A stretch of 64,000 nucleotides of DNA, from assembly GCA_001600695.1 (NCBI GenBank), contig BCKQ01000002.1:1776201-1840200 (forward strand), in the 5' to 3' direction. Each line of letters starts with the position of its first letter. Positions within the stretch are counted from its first letter, which is position 1. This stretch comes from Ascoidea asiatica JCM 7603 (lineage: Eukaryota; Fungi; Ascomycota). Shown here one piece after another: positions 12,801 through 22,920 of this stretch. A model generated the notes under the pieces. The model saw only the letters and a list, made by a program, of their open reading frames with translations. It made no database searches and was not told the origin of the DNA. The position numbers were made by a program, and so were the translations under genes.

Positions 12801-15800
12801 AATGTTCCTATTGATATCTTGTTATTGATGCAAAGAGATTTGATTCCAGGAACAGTAAAATTCAATGTAACAGTTTTATTTATTATTCTTCTAAAAACTT
12901 TAAGAACAAAAACATCTGGTCGTTTGGAGATTGTTGTCAAAACTATATGTGATGTTTTCAAAACGTCTAGAACAACTGCATTACCTTTTATGGATTTTAT
13001 TTTTGATGGAATCCTCTCTGCTATGCGTGATTTCCAACCTTCGAAAATTAAGATATGCTTGAGTGAGGTAACTAGTTTGATTGTTTTCATTAGAATACAT
13101 ATAAGACCTGCTGTTCCAATTATAGTGAATTCGGTTGTATATTTCTTCAAGCTTAATCCTGATTTGCAAGGGCCTTGTATAAATCTATTAGAGGCATTGG
13201 CAACAATTTTACATAGGGAGTTTAAAAACTATCTTCCCTCCTTAATAACAATGCTTCTAAATGTTTTCAGCAGTGAAGTTTCAAATGACAGAAAAAATTC
13301 TATAAGAGTATTGCGTGCTTTTGTAGTTTTTGGATCTAGTATCGATGAATATACCAGTTTAATTATTACTAGTATTATTAGACTTTTAGACTCTAGGTGT
13401 TTTGTTTTAAAGAGATCTTCAATTGAAACAATCTGGAAACTTTCAAATGTTGTTAATTTAACTGAGCAATCTTCAAAAATTATACATTCTTTATTAAAAG
13501 TATTGACTAGTAGAGAGCTTGAGGACTCTGACTTGAAAAAGTTAGCAATGAAAACAATTTGTGGCCTTTTAACTCAACTAGGATCCACATCGGTACTATT
13601 TCTACCTGTTATCAATAAGGTTGTTGCAGAAAACAATATCCATTCCCCTGTTTATGCTAAAGTGGCTAATAGATTAATTCGTAATGAACAATTGCCGGAA
13701 TTGGAAGAACCTGAAAATTCTGGTATGCCGGAACCCACTCCTCTTCCTCTTGAAGATGAGAAGGAAAAAGCAATAGCAGTGGAAGAGTTACAAAACTCAT
13801 GGAATTGTGATAATTATAGAGGAAAAGATAAAAAAGAATGGAACATATGGCTTCAAAATTTTTCACTACAACTTTTACTCCATTCTCCATCTCCAGCTTT
13901 AAGAGCTTGCAGTGATTTAGCTTTAACTTATAGTGATATTACTGAAAAATTATTCAATGTGTGCTTTTTTGCTGTTTATACGCGTTTAGAAAAAGATGAC
14001 CAAGCCGATTTAATTAACTCGATATCTCTTGCTTCAACTTATGGTCCTTTAGAAATTTGTCAAAGTTTGCTAAATCTTTTTGAATATTTAGAACATTGTG
14101 ATCCTGAAGGTGATGCTATTTTACAAGCTCGGCTACTTGCTTCTTATGCAAATAGAACGCACGCTTCTGCAAAATCTCTACATTATAAAGAAGCAGAGTA
14201 CTATGAAAAATTTGATTCTTCGGATTCTCAAAATGAGCTCGTAAGTAAATCTTTAATTGAGTCATTGATCAGTATAAATTATAGCTTGCAACAATCAGAC
14301 TCTGCTATTGGGATCTTGAAGGTTGCAGAAACCAAATATGGATTTAAGCCTAAAGCCCCCTGGTATCAAAAGTTGGAAAGATGGGATGAAGCATTGCAAA
14401 TGTACGAAGAAAAGTTGAAAGATGATCCCATGAATCATAAATCTTTAGAAGGACAGCTAAAATGTTTACTTGCTTTAGGAGAAACAGAGAGAATATCCCA
14501 AATTTTCCAAGAAAAAGTCAAAGGTAATGATTCGAAGGAGATTGCTCACTTAGTTGCTTCTGCTGATTGGAGTTTAGGTAAATGGGAAAATATGAGCATG
14601 TATATTGATGCTATGCGTGGAAACTCTAGTTTTTTCTTTTTTAACTCAATGTTAAATATTCACAATAATGACTATAAACAGGCAAGAACTAATATATCAA
14701 AAGCTAGGAATAAGATTGTTTCTGAAATACAGACACTGATCAAGGAAAGTTATAGACGAGCTTATGAATCTATTTTCAAATGCCAAATGCTTACTGAGCT
14801 TGAAGAAATCATTACGTACAAAGAATTGCCTATGAATACTCCAGAACGAGAATTTATAGTTAAAATGTGGAATAAAAGATTAGTTGGATGTTCTAAAGAT
14901 GTCGATTTGTGGAAGAGACTGTTAAATAATCGATCTTTAGTTCTCACACAGAAAGAGGACGTTCAAATGATTGTGAAATTTGTTAATCTATGCAGAAAAA
15001 GTAACAGACTTCAATTAGCTAAAAAAACCCTTTCAAGATTAATGGATACAAATATAAAGTTGGGCAATAGAGCTATTATGCATCCAAGTGTAGTATACTC
15101 ACATTGTAAGCTTTGGTGGGAGAACGGTAAACAGTCATTAGCGCTTGATCGTTTAAAACGATTCACTGGTGAATTTGCTACAGCATTAGGTTTAAATCCA
15201 GATGATTTGGTTTCATATCAATATCCTACACCATTACCATGTACTGAAGAAAAATACAAATCTTACATAGATGTTCTTGCAAGATTTTTATCCAAGCAGA
15301 GTGAGTGGCTAATAGAAGAGAACCCTGATTGGCAAAACTCTCCAAACGAAATTCTTGGATGTTTTTTGGTGGCCACAAAATTAGCACCACAGTGGTATAA
15401 AGGATGGCATTATTGGGCTCTTGCGAATTTCCAAGTGGTTTCACATAATACAACGAAGAGAACTAAGATAGAAATGGGAAATACTGATCAATCTGGTGAC
15501 AATTACAGTTCTGTTAAGCAATTTGTACCTACCGCAATTGAAGGTTTTTTCAAATCAATCAGTTTATCTAAAAGGAATGCTCTTCAGGATATGCTAAGAA
15601 TACTAAATCTTTGGTTTAGGTATGGAGGTGAAAAGGAAGTTGCTAGTAAAATTGAGCAAGGAATAAACCGTATAGATATTTCAAATTGGCTTGATGTTAC
15701 TCCTCAACTTTTTTCTCGACTTCATCATCCTAATCCTCTTGTTAGCAATTCACTTCAGACATTATTGATTCAATTGGGTAAAAGCCATCCACAAGCTTTA

Positions 15801-17483
15801 ATTTATCCGTTAACTGTTGCTTTTAAATCATCGAGTTCTTCCAGAAAAGTAACAGCAGAGAATATTATTAATAATATGCGAACTCATAGCCCTGTTCTCG
15901 TTGAACAAGCAACAAAACTTTGTAATGAGTTAATCAGAGTTGCAGTTTTATGGTATGAAATGTGGCAAATAGGGCTAGAGGAAGCTTCACGATATTTCAA
16001 TAATGATCATAATCCTAAAAAGATGTTCGAAGTTTTAGAAGGTTTACATGAAACTTTGCAAACTCCCCAAACTCTCAACGAAAGAGCTTTTCACACCGCT
16101 TATTATAAAGATTTATCCACAGCTTGGAAATGGGTTTTACAATATAGAAAAACAAATGATCAAGCAGCTATAACTCTGGCATGGGAATCATACCAAACGG
16201 TCTTTCGAAATGTTCACAAATATATAGATCAGTATAAAGCTTTGGAGTTGGAATATGTTTCTCCAGTCCTTCTTCATTTGAAAGACTTGGAGTTGGCTAT
16301 ACCTGGTACTTATGATCCGAATATTCCAATGATTAGAATTAAAAGTTTTGGATCTTCTTTGAAGGTGATTAGTTCCAAGCAACATCCTCGTCGTATGACA
16401 ATAACGGGTCAAAATGGAAAAGTTTATGAATATATTTTAAAGGGTCGTGAAGATATGCGTCAAGATAACTTAGTAATGCAATTATTTGGATTGGTGAATA
16501 CTTTACTAGCAAATGATAATGAATGCTTCAAAAGGCATCTTGAAATTCAAAAGTATCCAGCTATACCATTGTCTCCAAAATCTGGTCTTTTGGGTTGGGT
16601 TCCAGATAGTGACACGTTCCATGTCTTAATCAAGGAGCATAGAACTAAATCTAAAAAAATGTTCAATTATGAAAATAAGTTAGTTTCATCTTATGCTGTT
16701 CTTTATGATCAATTGCCCGCATTTAGGAGAGTCGAAGTTTTTAATTTTGCAGATGAATATTCGAAAAAAGAAAGGAGAGATTTTTATAAAGTATTATGGT
16801 TGAAAAGTAGATCGTCAGAATTCTGGCTTGAAAGACGAACGACATTTACGACATCATTAGCAGTCATGTCAATGGCAGGTTATATTCTAGGATTGGGAGA
16901 TCGTCATCCTTCTAATATAATGCTTCATGCTGTTACTGGTAAAGTTGTTCATATTGATTTTGGTGATTGTTTTGAGGCAGCCATTTTGCGTGAAAAGTAT
17001 CCAGAAAAGGTTCCATTCCGTTTAACTAGAATGCTTCGAGCTGCAATGGGATTTTCAGAAATTGAAGGAGGATATCGTATTACTACAGAAAATGTTATGA
17101 GAGTAATTCGTGATAATAAAGAGTCGCTCATTGCAATACTAGAATCCTTTGTATATGATCCGTTGATTAATTGGGGTTTTGAAATTCCTACAAGAGCTCT
17201 TGCGAAAGCCACTGGTCTTAAGCTACCTCCTAAGTTAGAAATGCATTCTGGTGATAACTTTGATCCAGATGAAGTTGAAAAAATTCAGAATGAACAAAAA
17301 AATACTATTAGTAATTCAAGAGCCGATTATGTTATAAGAAGGATAACTTCCAAGTTAACAGGTAATGATATTCCATATCATAGTGACTTGGATGTTAAAG
17401 AACAAGTTGATAGACTTATTTCAGATGCAATCAATACTGAAAATTTGTGTCAGCATTTTATTGGTTGGTGTTCTTTTTGGTGA
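9894..17483 (+). CDS. TOR: Target-of-rapamycin PIKK kinase (HEAT-FAT-FRB-kinase-FATC), divergent
   Basis: LWYEMW…LEEAS FRB, LKGREDMRQD, GLGDRHPSN, HIDFGDCFE, VPFRLTRM, and FATC end LCQHFIGWCSFW. Confidence 0.96.
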   Translation: MSDKVEFSGIDSLFSQIWEGLFSNNADDKLRYGIKLKKLLQHPKSCETCFAILFQKTKDENSNKLECLLMTRYFAEAANNEPVNIGRINQILELLKKDPSISRDIAQTIGVLSRPGSTLVNKLEFSIKTAAENLRNKREANKLFALYLLQECCKNNMPVTSKIIIPSILDLLYLTLKDSSLKVRDESAKLLNVTFNELLVKDSMLATNWFQSSFEVAERNTETGAAENIHCGLLVFRELASIANQIVKRYKAYGSEYSLQNQKTSQKQNLLMLEKSINKIYIISIKYREHKSFDIRKTVTEILPFVASFNPKHFIQNSLTQLTDQYTTIIKKDKDKIPILYLFGRLAMSLGSGASYRPYCDRIIPIIENLLISLTYYSSNNSSTTPLLSVFGTVNNLKHEKKFELEKALFYCLSNLADCLKENLLSSFRNDIVGLLSGFCITEHLITLLGILIRNIPTLEDSILEKFMNVISKYLAGCNFISPGLPFANLGQSEKKRILSEVSIQTAINGKGNYYRVTNNPLSKENLVEGQDPYKCQLSSRLIENGSSGFSKPNSSIASIRDLADFKEAAKARQTLLQGYGFLSNTNNNYNQNDNSGVMSIAYNDKLLIRQCFEMLNTLNFSRIYALNEFSRFVILNYTDTEDKTVRKLAAITACNLFLLDPIVDEVSLNALMAMSELLNHLLAVAITDTSAEIRGEVLSCFTEKFDSQLSQANNVQLLLLALNDSNFVVRKNALTILGKLSNKNPAYIVPSLRKTLIQLLTDLEFSGVETIKEESGLLLTELIKSTKNLVKPYVKPILECFIPIISRNDVSTLNFITVKSLGILASIVGENFRPNLKDLLPLLLDGLKENSNAISEEEKIAILTTLSQIAFHSAYVIDPYLEYPDLMNTLLEMISNDPSKQVREEVSRVIGSLGAIDPFKIVEAERKKARMKIYSVVPDDIGEKELAITTNIMHAASEDIKAPEVLQRNVPIDILLLMQRDLIPGTVKFNVTVLFIILLKTLRTKTSGRLEIVVKTICDVFKTSRTTALPFMDFIFDGILSAMRDFQPSKIKICLSEVTSLIVFIRIHIRPAVPIIVNSVVYFFKLNPDLQGPCINLLEALATILHREFKNYLPSLITMLLNVFSSEVSNDRKNSIRVLRAFVVFGSSIDEYTSLIITSIIRLLDSRCFVLKRSSIETIWKLSNVVNLTEQSSKIIHSLLKVLTSRELEDSDLKKLAMKTICGLLTQLGSTSVLFLPVINKVVAENNIHSPVYAKVANRLIRNEQLPELEEPENSGMPEPTPLPLEDEKEKAIAVEELQNSWNCDNYRGKDKKEWNIWLQNFSLQLLLHSPSPALRACSDLALTYSDITEKLFNVCFFAVYTRLEKDDQADLINSISLASTYGPLEICQSLLNLFEYLEHCDPEGDAILQARLLASYANRTHASAKSLHYKEAEYYEKFDSSDSQNELVSKSLIESLISINYSLQQSDSAIGILKVAETKYGFKPKAPWYQKLERWDEALQMYEEKLKDDPMNHKSLEGQLKCLLALGETERISQIFQEKVKGNDSKEIAHLVASADWSLGKWENMSMYIDAMRGNSSFFFFNSMLNIHNNDYKQARTNISKARNKIVSEIQTLIKESYRRAYESIFKCQMLTELEEIITYKELPMNTPEREFIVKMWNKRLVGCSKDVDLWKRLLNNRSLVLTQKEDVQMIVKFVNLCRKSNRLQLAKKTLSRLMDTNIKLGNRAIMHPSVVYSHCKLWWENGKQSLALDRLKRFTGEFATALGLNPDDLVSYQYPTPLPCTEEKYKSYIDVLARFLSKQSEWLIEENPDWQNSPNEILGCFLVATKLAPQWYKGWHYWALANFQVVSHNTTKRTKIEMGNTDQSGDNYSSVKQFVPTAIEGFFKSISLSKRNALQDMLRILNLWFRYGGEKEVASKIEQGINRIDISNWLDVTPQLFSRLHHPNPLVSNSLQTLLIQLGKSHPQALIYPLTVAFKSSSSSRKVTAENIINNMRTHSPVLVEQATKLCNELIRVAVLWYEMWQIGLEEASRYFNNDHNPKKMFEVLEGLHETLQTPQTLNERAFHTAYYKDLSTAWKWVLQYRKTNDQAAITLAWESYQTVFRNVHKYIDQYKALELEYVSPVLLHLKDLELAIPGTYDPNIPMIRIKSFGSSLKVISSKQHPRRMTITGQNGKVYEYILKGREDMRQDNLVMQLFGLVNTLLANDNECFKRHLEIQKYPAIPLSPKSGLLGWVPDSDTFHVLIKEHRTKSKKMFNYENKLVSSYAVLYDQLPAFRRVEVFNFADEYSKKERRDFYKVLWLKSRSSEFWLERRTTFTTSLAVMSMAGYILGLGDRHPSNIMLHAVTGKVVHIDFGDCFEAAILREKYPEKVPFRLTRMLRAAMGFSEIEGGYRITTENVMRVIRDNKESLIAILESFVYDPLINWGFEIPTRALAKATGLKLPPKLEMHSGDNFDPDEVEKIQNEQKNTISNSRADYVIRRITSKLTGNDIPYHSDLDVKEQVDRLISDAINTENLCQHFIGWCSFW

Positions 17484-18357
17484 TTAAGATCTGATTAAAA
17501 TTTTTAGTTAAAAAAATGAGTAAAATTCTGTAAAATAGTTAATAAAACAAAACTTTATTGTTATGAATATGAAAAATGTATTGTTTTTTTGAAAAATAAA
17601 TGTAGAGTAGCATGGCTGATGAATAGAATCGGCAAGTTACCCTGCAAAATTAGCAGTGTTGGTTATGAAAAGAACCTGCAATTTGAAATTTGGGAAAATC
17701 CTGAAAGGCAAAGATGAGCTTTTTTTATATTGAATTTATTTCGTAATAATAAAATCAACAAAAACTCAAAAGCAAACTTCTCTATAATTCTAAACACAAA
17801 TAAATTCAAAAGTTATGCCAATTGCAGACAAAGAAACTTAATGTAATTGATAGAAAATCATTAAATGAAACCTTGAGGGATAATTTATTTTTCTTTTTAA
17901 ACATGGAAACATAAACTATCCAATAAGTTGTTTATGGAGGAATATCAAAAAAAATTATTAAACATTGAGGAAAAGGTTGAAAACCGTTAATGAATAGAAA
18001 ACTTAATACTACTCTTTTTAAACTGTTTCCAATTATTTATTCTACAAATTTTGATTTTCCCAAGGTTTCAATTTTTTGTCTCCTTTCGTTACTAAACATA
18101 AACAAATTTAAATATTCATTAAATTTCAATTACTATAAAAAATCAAAAATTTAAAAAACAAATTAAAAACTGTACCAATCATTTCGAATGTCAAGATAAA
18201 ATAAAATAAACTTGAAAGTATTATTTTGTTTTCTCTAATTCTTATTAGTATTATTTCAAGAATTTGTCCGCCATTAAAATTTGAATATTCTAGAGACAAA
18301 TTCACTATATTCAATGTGATTATCTACTTTTTAAAATAATACTTGAAAAATTTAAAA

Positions 18358-18928
18358 TTTAATAATGCATTTGAAGAAATCGAAAAAAGTATTAAAATTG
18401 GTAAAGCTGCTGCGCTTTAAAAAATAGATAGAGATTATCTGAAAAAAAGATATTAAAATTACCACATCAAATCTATTTCTTGCCATATTTAAGAAAAGAT
18501 AAGGAAAATACCATTCAATTTCGAAAGTAAGCTAGTTCACATAATCAATGCTATTCTTCAAACTCAAGTTTCTCTTAATAAAACAGATTTTACTTAATCT
18601 ATAAAAAGCTGTCTGGAAATCTTTCCCCCAGCTATCACAATTAGTGATACTACAATTATTAGTCTTTCTAAAAGAAACAAAATAGTTTTTTCAAATAAAA
18701 AAAAAGACATTTGGATTAAGCACTTTTTTTGGCTTCTAATGAAATCTTATTAAAATATTAGTTGAAGAATTTGATGAAATAGTTAAAGCAGTAAACGTTA
18801 TTGAGGAATATATATTTATTCTTGATGAAACCTGAGTATATCCATCAAGTTTTGAGGATTATGCGAAAGGAAATAGAGTGTTTGTAAAATTAAAAAAAAT
18901 CAAATTCCAAGTTGCATACTGTTATTAA
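18358..18928 (+). mobile_element. Decayed pogo/Fot1-like (Tc1-mariner superfamily) transposase pseudogene
   Basis: Interrupted frames read, in order: FNNAFEEIEKSIKIGKAAAL*KIDRDYLKKR (psq-type HTH); IPFNFESKLVHIINAILQ…ISDTTIISLSKRN (CENP-B-type HTH); VEEFDEIVKAVNVIEEYIFILDET* (DETG with GGA>TGA at 18833). No TIRs found. Confidence 0.65.
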
Positions 18929-19001
18929 AACATTATGATTAACCGGTTATCAAAGTACCTAAATTGAATTTTAGTTAAGCGGGGTTTTTAAATGATTATG
19001 A

Positions 19002-19802
19002 TTATAGACTAGCAACAGTTCCTTTCCATTTCAAACCACACCATTTGGCAATTTGAATTGACATTTCTCTTGCACTGGATATTTCTTCTAATGTGCATCC
19101 ATTGTTCAAAGCTCCTTTCAAATGCCCTTTGAGCTGTGGGTTAACATCTTGGGGAACAAGACAAGCTAAAACAACAAGACTTGTCTCTCGTGGAGTTAGA
19201 ACATCACTAAAAGAAAGTAATGGTGAATATACATGATTAATAGTATAATGCCAAAGGTCAGGATAAGCAGTTTCCATTTGGCTTATAACTCTCCCTGAGA
19301 CTTTGGAATAAACATTATTCCAGTACTCATCACCTCTTTTTTTTAATTCAATCTGTGAGATTTCATTCCTTAATTGTCTCTTTTCCAATAAAGGAGTCGG
19401 AGTACAGTTTTTGAGTATCATTAATGAATTAATTGCTTTAGGGAGACCAGATAAAGCGCAGCATTTTAAAAGTGCTTCTCGCATTTTCTGAGCTATTATT
19501 ATTTGATTATTAAGATTTGTTTTCTGAGAGATATTTTCAATATTTAAATTTTCTATTGGAATAACTTCATTGCTCTTAGAATTCTCTTCCATGATTTTAC
19601 GAGAATGAGTTATTGCATTTTCAGCCAATTTGATTGTCAGAGGTACTTTCTGAGATTGTTTTAGAGCCAAATGAAAAATCGAAGGAATTTCTTGAGGTTC
19701 ATTGCAAACAGTCAAAGCTGCTGCAGCGATGTAATAATAACTTGATCCTAAATGTGAATAAGAACTTAATTGCAAGAGCTTTGCTGGTGTTAATATTGAC
19801 AT
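19002..19802 (-). CDS. PXP2: AhpD/CMD-like peroxisomal protein (YJR111C/Pxp2 family)
   Basis: REALLK…GLPKAINSL and LVPQDVNPQLKGHLKGALNNG motifs; PTS1-like C-terminus -ASL. Confidence 0.75.
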   Translation of the reverse strand: MSILTPAKLLQLSSYSHLGSSYYYIAAAALTVCNEPQEIPSIFHLALKQSQKVPLTIKLAENAITHSRKIMEENSKSNEVIPIENLNIENISQKTNLNNQIIIAQKMREALLKCCALSGLPKAINSLMILKNCTPTPLLEKRQLRNEISQIELKKRGDEYWNNVYSKVSGRVISQMETAYPDLWHYTINHVYSPLLSFSDVLTPRETSLVVLACLVPQDVNPQLKGHLKGALNNGCTLEEISSAREMSIQIAKWCGLKWKGTVASL

Positions 19803-20179
19803 ATCTTTACGTTTAAAAATAATTAATATGTTTGTTTTCTATAAATTTTTTGAAAAATGTAATTGGATTGACAATGATTTTTCAGCGAATTACTTTTATT
19901 TTAATCTATTCTGATAAATACTCAACAAAAGCTATCTGAAGATAACTGTGAATAGCCACAGCTAAAGAAATGTTCTTTTTCCGCTCGCCAGAGCCGATAT
20001 CCGCGCTGATTCTAATCAAACTACAAATATTTCCGCCTCCGGAGGCTCATTGGCGGATATCCACCCAACATTTCCGAACTTCGATGCAAAAAATAATTTA
20101 TTTCCAACAATTTTTAAATTCATTTTCCACAAAACACCCAAAATTTATAAGAAGTTACCCAAAATTACCAAAAAAAAAA

Positions 20180-22516
20180 TCAACATCTCTCAAAACACTT
20201 ATATAAAGAAGGCAAGTTGGCTATCTCATACACTGAATCTAAAAGATTGTTTGTGGCCAACAATCTATTTTGGATTAACGAAAATAAAAATTCAATTTTA
20301 GAGTTATATTCTAAAATTCTAGTCTCATCTGATGTTGGAAACATAATATTTGGAACATAAAAAAGTGCTATTTCTTTCAAAATTCCATCCAAGCATTCTT
20401 TTTCATTTTCCCAGGAAACTTTTTCAATAATTCGGTAGATAAAAATTGGTAACTTTGTTAGATCTGGGAAATAGTCCTTGACAAGCAAGGGAATAGAAAT
20501 GAGTTTTGGATCCGAATTATCTTCTAAATCAATTCCTAAACTGAAATATTCATCAAGCATATCTCTCATTTGGATAAATGGCTCCATAACAGAGCTTGCA
20601 TCGAAATGTTCTCTTTTTGTTTCATCTTGATTTAATTCATTTGCAATCATTAATAATTCTTTCAATGAAATTGGCTCTTCTAAGAATATTTTACCAAAAT
20701 TATTGAATTCTGAAAGACCAATTTGATAAAATAATTCAAATGATATAACTGAATAATCAACAAGAAATAATTTTACATCGTTTTGAAAACTAGCCAATCG
20801 TTTCTCTCTATCTATAATTCCAACATAAACCATATTTGCAAATGTTTCAGTTAATTCTTTGTGTACTGATTTTTCAACTTTACTCCTTATTTGTAAAATA
20901 CTGGATAAGTTTACATCTACTCTTTGTTTCGTAATGAAATTATAATTAGGCTCATCTGGAGAAGCTTTACATTCCTGAACTTCTTCTTCCACTTCTTTGA
21001 CTATTTCAATTAATTGCTGATTTGCATTACTAATATTTTGCTCTTGAGTGGATATGAATGGTGTTAATTTTGATTGAGTAGCATCATTTCTTACATGTTT
21101 TTTAGCATCTGTGTTAACTTTAAAAGAGTTGTTAGAAGCAGCTATTGATTGTCTAACAATTGGCTTGAATTCAGGCTGTTTTAAATTGGTCTTTTTATTA
21201 TTGGATTTATCATTATTACTCAGTTCTAGATTTTTTTTAAGTTTAATAGTATTAAAATTAACTCCATTTATTTTATTTACTTTATTGATGGGTATTTCTA
21301 TTGGCTGACCTAAAGTTGGCAGTTTATTAAGTTCTGGAACAACTATTCCAGTTTTAAAACTTCTTGAAGTATCAATTTTACTTAATTCCTCTTCAACTAA
21401 TTTACTTATAGCTTCAATAATTTCCTCTTCATATAAAAATCTAACTTCTTTTTTAGTTGGATGAACATTAACATCAACCAAATCAGGTTTTATTTGTAAA
21501 CTAAAATACATAAAAGGTCGAAAACCTTTTGGAAGAAATAGACTAAATATATTATTAATTGCTTTTCTTAATGGGTCACAATGAACAAGTCTATTATTAA
21601 TGAAAAATACAGGTTGAATACTTTTTTTATTATTAAAATTTGCATTAGTTATAAATCCTTTAGCATTTAATAAACCAAAATCCAAAAGTTGAGGAATTTT
21701 AATTTCAATTAATTCATTTGCAATAGCAGAACCAAAAACTGTTCTTATTCTTTCAGTAATATTTTGAGTATTTCTTGTAACTAAAGAGTAATGGGTATCA
21801 CCATATTTTTTTAAAGAAAAACCTACTCCCTCAGTATTTATAGAATATCTTCCAACGACATCTAAAATTTTATTAAATTCATCTGAGAAAGATTTTATTC
21901 CTCTTAATCTAGAAGATATATTGTAAAATAAATCTTCGACAGTTATTTGAGTTCCATTTTTACCAGCTACTGGTTTGGGAACTGAGGGAGAATTTGAATT
22001 TGTAGTATCGAATTTACCATTAAGATAACTACATTTCCAAGCACATTGGGAATCTTTTGTTTTAGTTATCACAGATAAATGAGCAATATGAGAAATACTT
22101 GCTAATGCTTCACCTCTAAAACCATAAGTAGAAATAGAAGTTAAATCTTCAAATTTAGATAATTTTGATGTAGTGAATCTTTCACAAAGAATCTGTAAAT
22201 CATCTTTAAAAATACCAGTTCCATTATCTGTAATTTGTAATAATTTCAAACCTCCATCTCTAACCAAGACTGAAATTGATGTTGATTTTGCATCGATTGA
22301 GTTTTCAAGCATTTCTTTGAGAGCGTTAGCTGGTGCAACAATGATTTCTCCAGCTGCTATTTTATTTATTACTGATTTATCAAGGGCCTATTGAAAGATG
22401 ATAAATAATCATTGAGTTAGAACAATATTCAAATAAAATGAATGATATTTTAAAATATAAAGTGTTTAACATACCTTGATATGTGGCCGCTGAGTTTTAA
22501 TATCATCTGTCGACAT
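20180..22516 (-). CDS. MLH1: MutL homologue Mlh1; exons 22516-22475 and 22387-20180
   Basis: Spliced N-terminus MSTDDIKTQRPHIK/ALDKSVINKIAAGEII; TYGFRGEALASIS, DVNVHPTK, C-terminal FERC. Confidence 0.96.
22388..22474 (-). other. Spliceosomal intron of MLH1 (87 nt)
   Basis: GTATGT donor, TTCTAAC branch (22422-22416), TAG acceptor; phase 0, in frame. Confidence 0.9.
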
Positions 22517-22776
22517 TATCTTTAACAATTCCAATTTAGTCAAATTGAATCAAATCAAATCAAATTCTGAAGTATTTTTTATCTTCAAGTCTTTAAATCC
22601 CCTCTTAAAAATAAATCTAGTCATTGATATATTTTGAGATAAAGAAGTTATAAAAATAATATAAAAATATTTCTGTTTCTTTAAGAACTTTTTCGGATTC
22701 GAATCAAACGGTTTAACTCTAAATAAAGTGAGGAGGTTACGCAACGTCAAAGGTCGTCAATTGCGGTAAAAGCCAG

Positions 22777-22784
22777 ACGCGAAA
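22777..22784 (+). promoter_or_regulatory. MCB/SCB-like element ACGCGAAA upstream of MLH1
   Basis: CGCG-core motif about 260 bp upstream of a DNA-repair gene. Confidence 0.4.
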
Positions 22785-22920
22785 AATAATACAAAAACAT
22801 AAAATTAAAAAAAAAAAATAAAAATATATTACACTCTCTACCCAGCATTCATACTTGATGTATGTTTAATTTCTATAAATGAAGCTAAAGCTTTCTACTT
22901 ATTTGTTTACGCAAATTTAT

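Noticed and set aside
12167-17212. Antisense ORFs within TOR (and similar ones inside other genes)
   Set aside because: Shadow frames of real genes with no independent coding signal.
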